Shown here: positions 43,956 to 52,388 of the stretch, piece after piece
Layout of the letters: each line of letters begins with the position of its first letter
How positions within the stretch are numbered: the stretch's first letter is position 1
Origin: Gemmatimonadota bacterium
GTDB taxonomy: Bacteria > Gemmatimonadota > Gemmatimonadetes > JACCXV01
Length of the DNA: 64,000 bases
Assembly (NCBI GenBank): GCA_036556205.1
Contig: DATBJW010000008.1
Span: forward strand, 1,977 to 65,976
Direction: 5' to 3'
Made by a program: the position numbers and the translations under genes
The notes under the pieces: model-generated
Databases searched by the model: none
The model's input: the letters and a program-made list of their open reading frames with translations, nothing else
What the model was told of the DNA's origin: nothing

Positions 43956-46103
43956 GTGCCTTACGTCCACCCCTCCGGCATGGTGAAATTCTTTCGGGTC
44001 AAGGAGAAAGCGCGGGGGCTCGCGCGCCAGCAGAAGTTCGACCAGGCGCTCGCCGAGTATCGCACGGCGATCGCCCAGGCCGAGACCGACCACGACAGCG
44101 CGGCCCTGCGCAACCTCTACAACGCGGCCGGCGACGCGTCGCTGCTCCGGAGCGATGCGGCCACGGCCGTCGAGTTCTTCGAGAAGGCGGCCGACCTCTA
44201 CCTCGAGGAGGGCCTCTACGACAACGCGATCGCCCTCTGCCACAAGATCTTGCGTCACGTTCCGACCCGGGCCGACGCCTACGCGAAGCTGGGTCGCATC
44301 TATGCCGAGAAGGGGCTCCGCAACGAATCCATCCAGAACTGGCTCGAGTTCGCCGAGCGGCGCCAGAAGGCCAACGATGCCGCGGGCGTGACGCGCGCTC
44401 TGCGCGAGGTCGTCGCCCTTTCGCCCGACTCCGACAGCGTGCGGTTGCAGCTGGTCGAGGGTCTGCTCGCCCTGCGCGAGGGCGGCGAGGCGCTGCCCGA
44501 GCTCGAAGAGCTGCGAACCCGCGCGGAGCGGGCGGGCGAGACGGCTCGAGCGGCCGAGCTGGCAGAGCGCATCGCGTCGATCCGTCGGGAATACGGGCTC
44601 GAGCCGGCGCGCCCGGCAGCGCCGAAGGTCGAGCCGCCCAAGCCTCAGGCGCGGGAGGACCGGCCGGCGTGGCCTCCGCCCGCCGAGGGTCCGGAGACGT
44701 TCGGGACCCTCGGCGTCACCCGCCAGCCCGAGCCTCTCGCCCCGCCGCTCGGGGCGGGCAGCGTCGCGGGCCTGGACTCGGGGTTCGGCTTCTCGGGCGG
44801 CGCGCCGAGTCTGGCGCCTCCCGGCACGCCCGCCGAACCCGGCGCGGAAGCGCCGCCTCACCTGGAGCCGCCGGCGGCCGGCAGCGCGGGTGCCAAGGAA
44901 GGCGCCACGGCCGCCGCAACGCCGCCGGAGACCCACGCTGAGCCGCTCGCGGCGCGCGGCCCGGCCGGGGCGGGACTCGAGCAGGGCCCGGCCGTCGAGA
45001 GCCTGCCGGGCTTCACGCTCCCCGAGGCCGGCGCGGGAGGTGCCGCGGCGGCGCCCGAAGCCGGCGAGAGCGAGGAAGCCGCACCGGGCGGCTCGAGCTT
45101 CCCCTTCGTCGCCGTCGAGGAGCGCATCGCGCGGGCCGAGGCGCGCCTCGCCGAGAATCCGCACGACGCCGAGGAGCGGATCTACCTGGCCGAGCTCTAT
45201 CAGGAGGCGGGGGACCTGGACCTCGCCCGCTCCGCCATGGCCCAGGGCGCGGCCGAGCTGCTCCTCGCCGGCCACGCGGAGCGCGCGTGGCGCACGTACC
45301 GCCGGCTGGCGGGCCTGGCACCCGACGAGATCGAGGTCGTGCAGAAGCTCGTGGAGGTGGCGCAGGCGCTGGGGACGCGCGAGCACCTGGTCCAGAGCTA
45401 CGAGCTGCTGGGGGACCGCCTCATGGACACGGGCCAGTTCGGCCGCGCGGCGGAGGTTCACCGCCGGGTCCTCGAGATCGATCCGAACCACCGCCGTTCG
45501 CAGGATCAGCTGCTGCTCCTCGAGGGTCTCGAGTCCCCCGCGCCCGCGGCACCCGCGACCGGCGCCAAGGGCGGCCGCGCGGAGGAAGACTACGTCGATC
45601 TGGGGCGCCTGATCTCCGAGGGCGAGCCGACCCGCGTGACCGACCCGCGGATGACCGCCCGGACCAAGCCCACGGGAGACGAGGAGGCGGACCTGCAGGC
45701 GGTCATCGAGGCTTTCCGGCAGGGAGTCGAGGCGAACATCGAGGAGGGCGACCACGAGAGTCACTACGACCTGGGCGTCGCCTTCCGGCAGATGGGACTC
45801 CTGGACGAGGCCGTGCGCGAGTTCCAGCTCGCGGCGCGCGGCTCGGAGCATCGCGAGCGCGCCTTCGAGATGATGGGGCTCTGCTTCATGGAGAAGGGCA
45901 TGGTTTCCGTGGCCGTGAACTGCTTTCGCCGCGGCATCGAGGGGGAGCGCGACCCTCACGAGGGCCTCGGCCTCCACTACCACCTGGCCCGCTCGCTCGA
46001 GGAGCTCGGCCAGCGCGAGGCCGCCCGCGAGGAGTACGAGCGCGTGGTGGCCCTGGACGTGCGCTTCATGGACGCCGCCGAGCGCCTCAAGAGGCTCGCG
46101 TGA
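43956..46103 (+). CDS. TPR-repeat protein with long central Pro/Ala/Glu/Gly-rich disordered region
   Basis: TPR-like helical repeats occur at both ends, for example HYDLGVAFRQMGLLDEAVREFQLA. The start may be ATG 43980 rather than GTG 43956, because the -10 element ends at 43952. Confidence 0.75.
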   Translation: MPYVHPSGMVKFFRVKEKARGLARQQKFDQALAEYRTAIAQAETDHDSAALRNLYNAAGDASLLRSDAATAVEFFEKAADLYLEEGLYDNAIALCHKILRHVPTRADAYAKLGRIYAEKGLRNESIQNWLEFAERRQKANDAAGVTRALREVVALSPDSDSVRLQLVEGLLALREGGEALPELEELRTRAERAGETARAAELAERIASIRREYGLEPARPAAPKVEPPKPQAREDRPAWPPPAEGPETFGTLGVTRQPEPLAPPLGAGSVAGLDSGFGFSGGAPSLAPPGTPAEPGAEAPPHLEPPAAGSAGAKEGATAAATPPETHAEPLAARGPAGAGLEQGPAVESLPGFTLPEAGAGGAAAAPEAGESEEAAPGGSSFPFVAVEERIARAEARLAENPHDAEERIYLAELYQEAGDLDLARSAMAQGAAELLLAGHAERAWRTYRRLAGLAPDEIEVVQKLVEVAQALGTREHLVQSYELLGDRLMDTGQFGRAAEVHRRVLEIDPNHRRSQDQLLLLEGLESPAPAAPATGAKGGRAEEDYVDLGRLISEGEPTRVTDPRMTARTKPTGDEEADLQAVIEAFRQGVEANIEEGDHESHYDLGVAFRQMGLLDEAVREFQLAARGSEHRERAFEMMGLCFMEKGMVSVAVNCFRRGIEGERDPHEGLGLHYHLARSLEELGQREAAREEYERVVALDVRFMDAAERLKRLA

Positions 46104-46948
46104 CGGCGGTGGTGGGAGCGCGCACGGACGGCGCGGTCGACCTGCATACCCACACCACGGCCTCGGACGGCCTGCTGACGCCTACCGAGCTCGTGCGCCA
46201 GGCAGCGCTCGCCGGCCTCGCGGCCATCGCGGTGACCGACCACGACACCACGGCCGGGCTCCCCGAGGCGCTGGCGGCCGGCGCGGAGCAGGGGATCGAG
46301 GTCGTGCCGGGTGTCGAGATCAGCACCTCGCACGCCGGCCTGGAAGTGCACCTGCTGGGCTATTTCGTGGACCCCGGGTCGGCCGACTTCGAGCGTCTGC
46401 TGGCGAGCCGCCGCGAGGACCGCGACGAGCGCGCCCGCGAGATGGTGGAGCGGCTGCGCGCGCTCGGCGTGCACATCGAGTACGAGGACGTGCTGCGCGA
46501 GGCCGGGCGCGGTGCCGTGGGCCGGCCGCACGTGGCCGCGGCCCTGCTCACGAAGGGCTGGGTCCAGACCAAGCAGGAGGCCTTCGACCGTTGGCTGGCG
46601 GACGGCCGGCCGGCCGCCGTGCCCAAGCCCGTCTTTCCACTCGCCGAGGCGATCGACCTCCTGCTCGGCATGGGGGCAGTGCCGGTCTGCGCGCACCCGG
46701 GCTTGCTGAAACGTCCCGAGCTGCTGGAGGAGATGCCCGCCCTGGGGCTGGCCGGCGTCGAGGTCTTCTATCCCAAGCACCTGCCCGAGCAGCGGCGCGA
46801 GCTGCTCGCCTTTGCCCGCGCCCACGGCCTCGTCGCCACGGGCGGCTCCGACTTCCACTCGCCCACGCAGCCCGGTCCGCTGGGCTCGCATCGCATCCCC
46901 AGGGCCGTGCTCGAGGAGCTGCGGGCGCGCCGGAGCACCCGCGTATGA
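46100..46948 (+). CDS. PHP-domain phosphoesterase (TrpH/YciV-like)
   Basis: GTG 46100 overlaps the upstream stop. Motifs are VDLHTHTTASDG, IAVTDHDT and a C-terminal ATGGSDFH. Confidence 0.82.
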   Translation: MTAVVGARTDGAVDLHTHTTASDGLLTPTELVRQAALAGLAAIAVTDHDTTAGLPEALAAGAEQGIEVVPGVEISTSHAGLEVHLLGYFVDPGSADFERLLASRREDRDERAREMVERLRALGVHIEYEDVLREAGRGAVGRPHVAAALLTKGWVQTKQEAFDRWLADGRPAAVPKPVFPLAEAIDLLLGMGAVPVCAHPGLLKRPELLEEMPALGLAGVEVFYPKHLPEQRRELLAFARAHGLVATGGSDFHSPTQPGPLGSHRIPRAVLEELRARRSTRV

Positions 46949-47946
46949 AGCCGCCTCCCCGCGAGCCCGCGACCCTGATCAGCCTCGAGGAGGTGCGCGA
47001 GCCCGTCGAGGCCGACCTGGACGCGGTCATCGAGCGCATGGGTGTGGTGTTGCGGGGAGGGTCGCCCCTCATCTCCGACGTGAACGGACACCTCTTCAAC
47101 ATGAAGGGCAAGCTGTTCCGCCCCACGCTGCTGCTGCTCTGCGCGCGCGCGCTGGGCCGGCGACCGCCCGAGCGGATCCGTCTGGGCGGCGTGGTCGAGC
47201 TGATCCACCTCGCGACCCTGGTCCACGACGACGCCATCGACGAGTCGCAGCTGCGGCGCGGGCTGCCCACGGTCAACGCGAAGTGGAGTCACAAGGTGTC
47301 CGTGATCATGGGCGACTACCTGTATTCGCGGGCCATGGCCGAGATCGCGGACTCGGGAGATCTGGCGCTCATCTCGCGGGCCGCCGAGGTGACGAACGCG
47401 ATGGCCGTGGGCGAGATGCTGCAGATCGCGCGAGGCTCGGCGCTGGAGACGGCCGACGAGGACTACTTCGCGTTGATCGGGAAGAAGACCGCCAGCTTGA
47501 TCGCGACGGCCTGCGCGATGGGCGCGCATCTGGGCGCGCCCGAGCATGTGGCGGAGCTCGAGCGCTTCGGCTACCACCTGGGCATGGCCTTCCAGATCGT
47601 GGACGATTTGCTCGACTTCTGCGGAGACGAGGAGGTGATGGGAAAGCGTCCCGGGACCGACCTGCGCGAGCTCAAGGCGACGCTGCCCATGCTGCACGCC
47701 TATCGCAGCGCAGACGGGCCGGATCGCGAGCGGCTCGTGTCCGCCTTCCGCACGGTGTCCCTGGCACCCGATGACGAGGAGTGGCTGGTGGAGCTGGCGG
47801 CCGAGTCCGGCGGGCTCGACTACGCCCGCGCCGCGGCCGCGCGCTACGCCGATACCGCCCTCGCCAGCCTCGCGACGCTTCCGCCCAGCGAGGAGCTGAA
47901 GGGGATGCAGGCGGCCGTGGGCTACGTGCTCCAGCGCGAGAGGTAG
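46945..47946 (+). CDS. Long-chain polyprenyl diphosphate synthase
   Basis: ATG 46945 overlaps the upstream stop (ATGA). The Asp-rich motifs LVHDDAIDE and FQIVDDLLD are present. Confidence 0.9.
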   Translation: MKPPPREPATLISLEEVREPVEADLDAVIERMGVVLRGGSPLISDVNGHLFNMKGKLFRPTLLLLCARALGRRPPERIRLGGVVELIHLATLVHDDAIDESQLRRGLPTVNAKWSHKVSVIMGDYLYSRAMAEIADSGDLALISRAAEVTNAMAVGEMLQIARGSALETADEDYFALIGKKTASLIATACAMGAHLGAPEHVAELERFGYHLGMAFQIVDDLLDFCGDEEVMGKRPGTDLRELKATLPMLHAYRSADGPDRERLVSAFRTVSLAPDDEEWLVELAAESGGLDYARAAAARYADTALASLATLPPSEELKGMQAAVGYVLQRER

Positions 47947-48001
47947 TCTGCCCGTTCCACTCCCCGGTCCTCCTCCATCTCGAAGGGAGCCCTTTTCTGC
48001 C

Positions 48002-48268
48002 GTGTGGCGCAAGAGCTTCCGCAACTACCTGACCGTGTTGACCCTCGGGCTGCTGCTGGGTAGCTTCCTCGGAGAGGTCCTGGCCCGCTATCTGCCCGAG
48101 GGCGTGGCGAAGTCCTTCTTCACGAACTCGGTCACCGGCCAGTTCGGGCCCGTGTCGCTGGACCTCATCGCGATCGGGATCACGCTGGGACCCCTGTCGA
48201 TTGCCGTGAACATCATGTCGGTGGTCGGGGTCGTCCTGGCGGCGTACCTGTTCCGATCCTTCTTCTGA
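48002..48268 (+). CDS. Small membrane protein (DUF4321-like)
   Basis: 88-aa product with two hydrophobic helices and high GC3. The family recollection is tentative. Confidence 0.5.
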   Translation: MWRKSFRNYLTVLTLGLLLGSFLGEVLARYLPEGVAKSFFTNSVTGQFGPVSLDLIAIGITLGPLSIAVNIMSVVGVVLAAYLFRSFF

Positions 48269-48299
48269 GCGCCCGGCGGGCGCGCACAAGGGAGCGACC

Positions 48300-48545
48300 A
48301 TGTTCGGCGGCATCGGCATGCAGGAAATCCTGGTCATCCTGCTCATCTTCTTGCTGATCTTCGGGGCGAAGCGGCTGCCCGAGCTGGGGCAGGCGCTCGG
48401 GAAGGGAATCCGCGAGTTCAAGCGGTCGGTCTCCGAGATCGAGGACAACCTGAAGGACGAACGGCCCCGGCCGCGGCTCGAGAGCCGCGACGAGCCTCGC
48501 GCCCTGGACGCCAAAGTCGACGTCAAGGAGGAGAGCAAGGCCTGA
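48300..48545 (+). CDS. tatA: Twin-arginine translocase subunit TatA/E
   Basis: The N-terminal TM plus hinge is ILVILLIFLLIFGAKRLPELGQALGKGIREFKRS. Confidence 0.92.
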   Translation: MFGGIGMQEILVILLIFLLIFGAKRLPELGQALGKGIREFKRSVSEIEDNLKDERPRPRLESRDEPRALDAKVDVKEESKA

Positions 48546-48573
48546 TCCCGCCCTCGGACCGGCGGATGTGTCG

Positions 48574-48608
48574 CGAGACCCCGGAGAATCCGGGGTCTCG
48601 TCGTTTTT
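48574..48608 (+). terminator. Rho-independent terminator after tatA
   Basis: A perfect 11-bp stem forms between cgagaccccgg (48574-48584) and ccggggtctcg (48590-48600) with a 5-nt loop. It is followed by tcgTTTTT (T-run 48604-48608). Confidence 0.85.
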
Positions 48609-48734
48609 GAGGCTCCGCGGACGGTTGGTTCGGAAGTCCCGCCGGCGAACGTTTTCGCACCCCCGCGTGTTGTTGGGAGGAAGGGAAGGAGAAGGGCCAG
48701 GGAGGTGCTGCCCAGCTCAAGCGGAGGGATTGCG

Positions 48735-48839
48735 GTGAACACTCGAGCGACGTTCATTCTGGCGGCCGAGATCGTCGTCACACTGGCGCTCACGGTCGGC
48801 TGCGTGCTCCTGACCGTGGCCGTCCCGACGAGCCTCTGA
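48735..48839 (+). CDS. Candidate 34-aa single-TM micropeptide upstream of the ECF sigma gene
   Basis: Not in the ORF track because it is under 60 aa. GGAGGG lies 6 nt upstream of GTG 48735. The translation is (M)NTRATFILAAEIVVTLALTVGCVLLTVAVPTSL. GC3 is 30 of 34 codons, which looks like coding. An in-frame GTG at 48705 would give 44 aa. Confidence 0.45.
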   Translation: MNTRATFILAAEIVVTLALTVGCVLLTVAVPTSL

Positions 48840-48903
48840 CCCCGGCGGCGCCCGGGCGGGGAAGCGCCGATGGCCTGCCCGCCGTACGCCCGCCGCAGAC
48901 GCG

Positions 48904-49512
48904 ATGCCCGAACCCACGAACAGGCTCCTCAGCCGGCTCACGGTGAACCTGGCGCTCGACGTCCGTCGAGGCCGGAAGGGCGCCTTCGAGCGTCTCGTCC
49001 GGGACCACCAGGACGCGTTGTTCGGCTACGCACTGGGCCTGGTCCGGGATCCGGCCGACGCGCAGGACGTGACGCAGGACGCCTTCCTGCGCGCCCACCG
49101 CGCGCTCACGGCGAGCTACGACGAGGAACGCTGTCGCAGCCTGGAGCTGCGGCCGTGGCTCTTCCGCATCACCCGCAACCTGGCCCTGAACCGCTTGCGC
49201 GCGCGGCGGGTTGCGCGCGAGGCTCCGCTTCCCGAAGCGGACGGCTATCACGAAGCGGCGCTGCGGTTGCCCTCCGCCGCCGAGGGGATGCTGGTCGGGC
49301 ACGAGCGACGGCAGCGGCTGGAGCAGGCCCTGGGACGCCTGGACCGGGAGGCCCGGGAGATCGTGCAACTCCGCTTCGTCCAGAGCCTCTCCTACGCCGA
49401 GATCGCGGCCGTGGCGGGCGGCAGCGAAGCCGCCGCCCGCGGCAAGGTGTTCCGTGCGCTGGCGCGGTTGCGCGCGCATCTCACACAAGAGGAAGCCTGT
49501 CATGCGATGTGA
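48904..49512 (+). CDS. ECF-type RNA polymerase sigma-70 family factor
   Basis: Region 2 is DAQDVTQDAFLRAHRAL..LRPWLFRITRNLALNRLR. Region 4 is REIVQLRFVQSLSYAEIAAVAGGSEAAARGKVFRALARLR. Confidence 0.9.
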   Translation: MPEPTNRLLSRLTVNLALDVRRGRKGAFERLVRDHQDALFGYALGLVRDPADAQDVTQDAFLRAHRALTASYDEERCRSLELRPWLFRITRNLALNRLRARRVAREAPLPEADGYHEAALRLPSAAEGMLVGHERRQRLEQALGRLDREAREIVQLRFVQSLSYAEIAAVAGGSEAAARGKVFRALARLRAHLTQEEACHAM

Positions 49513-50398
49513 AGACGTGATCGAGCGGCTCGACGCCTTTCGCACGCGCGAGCTGTCGCGGCGCGAGCTGCGCGGGATGGAGACCCATCTGGCGGATTGC
49601 GCGCCGTGTGCGGACGAGCTCACGGAGCTCGAGGCGCTGGCGGCCGACTGCACGGCGCTGAGAATGCGCTGCCCCGACGAGGTGGCGGCCCGCCTGCTGG
49701 CCGAGACCGGGGACCGCTACGGGCCCGTGGAGACGGATCTGGGCCGCGTGTGGGTGGCGTTCAGCGACCGCGGCATCACGCTCGTCCATCTGGGCGTGAG
49801 AACGCCGGCTGCCTTCGAGGAGGCCTGCCGGAGCCGGCTGGGCCGCCCGGCCCGCCCGGCCGAGGTGCCCGAGCGCTTCGCCGCGGCGATCCGGACGGCG
49901 GCCGCGGGTGCCGCGCCGCGCGAGGTGCCGGTGGACCTCTCCGCGCTCTCCCCCTTCGAACGCGACGTGCTGACCAGCCTGCGGCGGATTCCCCGCGGCG
50001 AGGTGCGGCCCTACGCCTGGCTGGCGCGCGAGGTGGGACGTCCACGGGCGGTGCGCGCGGTCGGCAACGCGTTGGCCAAGAACCCGGTGCCGCTGATCCT
50101 GCCCTGCCACCGGGTCGTCCCCACGACCGGGGGGGTGGGCGGCTATCGATTCGGGAGCGCGCTCAAGCGCGCGGTGCTGGAGCGGGAGGGCGTGCCGCTG
50201 GACGATCTCTCACGCTTCGGCCGCGAGGGGGTGCGTTGCCTGGGCTGCGCGAGCACGCACGTGTATTGCCTGCCGAGCTGCCGCGGCATCCGCCGGGCGC
50301 GGCCCGAGAACCGCGTACCGTTCTCGAGCGAGCAAGCGGCGGCGCGCGCCGGCTACCGACCCTGCCGGCTCTGCCGGCCGGCGGCCAGCGCCGCCTGA
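49502..50398 (+). CDS. Soluble anti-sigma (zf-HC2, HxxxCxxC) domain fused to O6-alkylguanine-DNA alkyltransferase (PCHR) and a C-terminal Ada-type Cys4 zinc domain
   Basis: ATG 49502 is in frame in ORF 49211..50398 and overlaps the sigma gene by 11 nt. The N-terminus is MRCEDVIERLDAFRTRELS..METHLADCAPC. The MGMT N-domain-like stretch is GPVETDLGRVWVAFSDRGITLVHLG. The DNA-binding/active-site stretch is SPFERDVLTSLRRIPRGEV..YAWLA..AVRAVGNALAKNPVPLILPCHRVV. The C-terminus is YCLPSCRG..ENRVPF..AGYRPCRLCRP. No hydrophobic TM segment is present. Confidence 0.8.
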   Translation: MRCEDVIERLDAFRTRELSRRELRGMETHLADCAPCADELTELEALAADCTALRMRCPDEVAARLLAETGDRYGPVETDLGRVWVAFSDRGITLVHLGVRTPAAFEEACRSRLGRPARPAEVPERFAAAIRTAAAGAAPREVPVDLSALSPFERDVLTSLRRIPRGEVRPYAWLAREVGRPRAVRAVGNALAKNPVPLILPCHRVVPTTGGVGGYRFGSALKRAVLEREGVPLDDLSRFGREGVRCLGCASTHVYCLPSCRGIRRARPENRVPFSSEQAAARAGYRPCRLCRPAASAA

Positions 50399-50414
50399 GC
50401 GGGAGGGAGGTTCC

Positions 50415-52292
50415 TCAAAACAGCGGGGGTGACTTTGCGTCCGACGCTGCGCTGTCCCCCTCGGCCACCTCGAAGAAGCGGGCGCGCTGGTCCTCGATCT
50501 TGGCCTCGCTCTTGAGGGCCTTGAACCAGGCGTCCACCGTCTGCTGGATCTTGCGCTGGAGCAGTTGCTGGCGGAACCCCTCCTTCTGCTGGGCGAGGGC
50601 GTTCAGGTCGGCCGCTGTGCGCTCGGTCACGCCCAGATAGTAGATCCCGTCTGCCAGCTCGATGGGTCCCGCGATCTGGCCGGGTTGCAGGCCGAAAGCG
50701 GTCCCGATGAAGGCGTTCCCGCCGCCGATCCGCGGAAGCTGCGCGGAGCGTGCGAACGGACCGGCCGACTTGACCTCGAGGCCGAGCTCGCTGGCCGCTC
50801 CGTCGAGACCGCGCTCGCGCACCAGGTCCGTGGCGCGCGCCTCGAGCGCCCTGGCGCGGGCCAGCTTCTTCTCGAACACGAGCTGCCGCCGGATCTGATC
50901 CTGCACCTGCTCGAAGGGGGCGTAGCCGGCCGGCAGGCGCTCGTCGACCTTCACGACGTAGACGGCGTTCCCCGAGCGCAGGGGATCGCTGATCGAGCCG
51001 ACGGGACTGTCGAACACCCACTCCGCCACCTCGGGGACGCGGCCGAGACCGGGCACGAAGGCGGACTGCTCGAAGGGGGGCGTGCGCTCGACGGTGCGAC
51101 CGTGGTCGGCCGCCACCTGCTCGAAGCTGTCGGGCTTGGCGAGGGCCAGCTGCTGGAGCGCGGCCGCACTGTCCTCGAGCGCCGCGAACGTCTCCTCAGA
51201 GGGCTCGATGCGGCGCAGGATGTGCTGAACGCGCACACGCTCGGCGCCGGGCAACCCGCCCTCGTCCTTCTGGCGCTCGCCGGCCTTCAGGATGTGCCAG
51301 CCGAAGGGGGTCAGGAAGGCCCGGGAGATCGAATCCTTCGGCGTGGCGAAGGCCACCTGCTCGAACTCGGGCACCATCTGACCGCGATTGAAGAAGCCCA
51401 GGTCGCCGCCCCGCCCGGCGCTGCCCGGATCCTGCGAGGCTTCGCGCGCCAGCTCGGCGAAGTCCTCGCCGGCCACGATCCGGGCACGCAGCGAGTCGAT
51501 CTCGGCCTTCACGCGCGCCGTGTCGGCGGCCGTCGTACCGGCGGTCCAGCGGATCGCGCTGATCCGCGCGGCGGCCTTGCGCGCGAACTGGGCGTCCTTC
51601 TTACTGTCGTACGCCGCGTGCAACTCCTGGTCCGTGACGGCCACGGCGCTGTCGGGCACCAGCTTCGCCGGGTCGAGGTACAGATACCGGACGCGTGCCT
51701 GCTCCTGCGCCGCGCGGTAGGCGTCCTCGAGCTCGCGGTCGCTGACCGCGACTCCGGCCACGACCTGCGCCTGGAGCTTGCGCAGCGGGAGCTCCTGCCG
51801 GACGTTGGCCTCGTAGGCGGTGAGCGTGGGTCCGAACTGAGGATCGGCGAGCGTACGCTGCCACTTGGCCGGGTCGAACTTGCCGTCCGTCTGGAGCGCC
51901 GGCGAATTCGCGAGCTCGGCGGGCGGCGTGGTCCGCACGTACTGCGCGACCTCGTCGTCGTCGACGTGAATGCCGCGCCGCTTCGTCTCGTCCTGGAGGA
52001 GCGTCAAGTTGACGGCGTTGTCCCAGGCCATCTGCTGGGCCTGGCGGACCTGCTCGTCGCCCACGCTTCCGTCGGGGTCCTGCGCCCGCAGCCGGTTGAG
52101 CGCGCCCTCGTACTGCCGCTCGTACTCCTGGAGCGGGATGTCGCGGCCGTTGACTGTGCCGACGACGGTCGACGAGCGGCCGTTCCGCCGACCGGTCAGG
52201 TCCATGGCCCAGTCGAAGACCATGAGCGCCACGAAGGCCACCGCCACCACGATCATGATGATCTTCGTGCTCGCCCGCAGCTGTCGCATCAT
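50415..52292 (-). CDS. ppiD: Periplasmic chaperone / peptidyl-prolyl isomerase PpiD-like
   Basis: An N-terminal TM anchor (IIMIVVAVAFVALMVF) is followed by a SurA-N-like region and a parvulin domain (GGDLGFFNRGQMVPEFEQVAF..GWHILK). Confidence 0.8.
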   Translation of the reverse strand: MMRQLRASTKIIMIVVAVAFVALMVFDWAMDLTGRRNGRSSTVVGTVNGRDIPLQEYERQYEGALNRLRAQDPDGSVGDEQVRQAQQMAWDNAVNLTLLQDETKRRGIHVDDDEVAQYVRTTPPAELANSPALQTDGKFDPAKWQRTLADPQFGPTLTAYEANVRQELPLRKLQAQVVAGVAVSDRELEDAYRAAQEQARVRYLYLDPAKLVPDSAVAVTDQELHAAYDSKKDAQFARKAAARISAIRWTAGTTAADTARVKAEIDSLRARIVAGEDFAELAREASQDPGSAGRGGDLGFFNRGQMVPEFEQVAFATPKDSISRAFLTPFGWHILKAGERQKDEGGLPGAERVRVQHILRRIEPSEETFAALEDSAAALQQLALAKPDSFEQVAADHGRTVERTPPFEQSAFVPGLGRVPEVAEWVFDSPVGSISDPLRSGNAVYVVKVDERLPAGYAPFEQVQDQIRRQLVFEKKLARARALEARATDLVRERGLDGAASELGLEVKSAGPFARSAQLPRIGGGNAFIGTAFGLQPGQIAGPIELADGIYYLGVTERTAADLNALAQQKEGFRQQLLQRKIQQTVDAWFKALKSEAKIEDQRARFFEVAEGDSAASDAKSPPLF

Positions 52293-52388
52293 GGCGATTC
52301 GTCACCTTTCCAGAAACGACACGCGGCTCGAGCCTGCCGGCCCGCGCCGCCGTGAACCGAAGCCAAAAAGTATATCGGACCCGCGGAC

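Noticed and set aside
48632-48653. GGAAG-N13-CGTT (48632-48653) as an ECF-type autoregulatory promoter for the sigma operon.
   Set aside because: The spacer is about 3 nt too short for typical GGAAC-N16/17-CGT ECF promoters. The alternative pairing GAAC-N15-CGT slightly downstream is kept only as a low-confidence note inside a finding.
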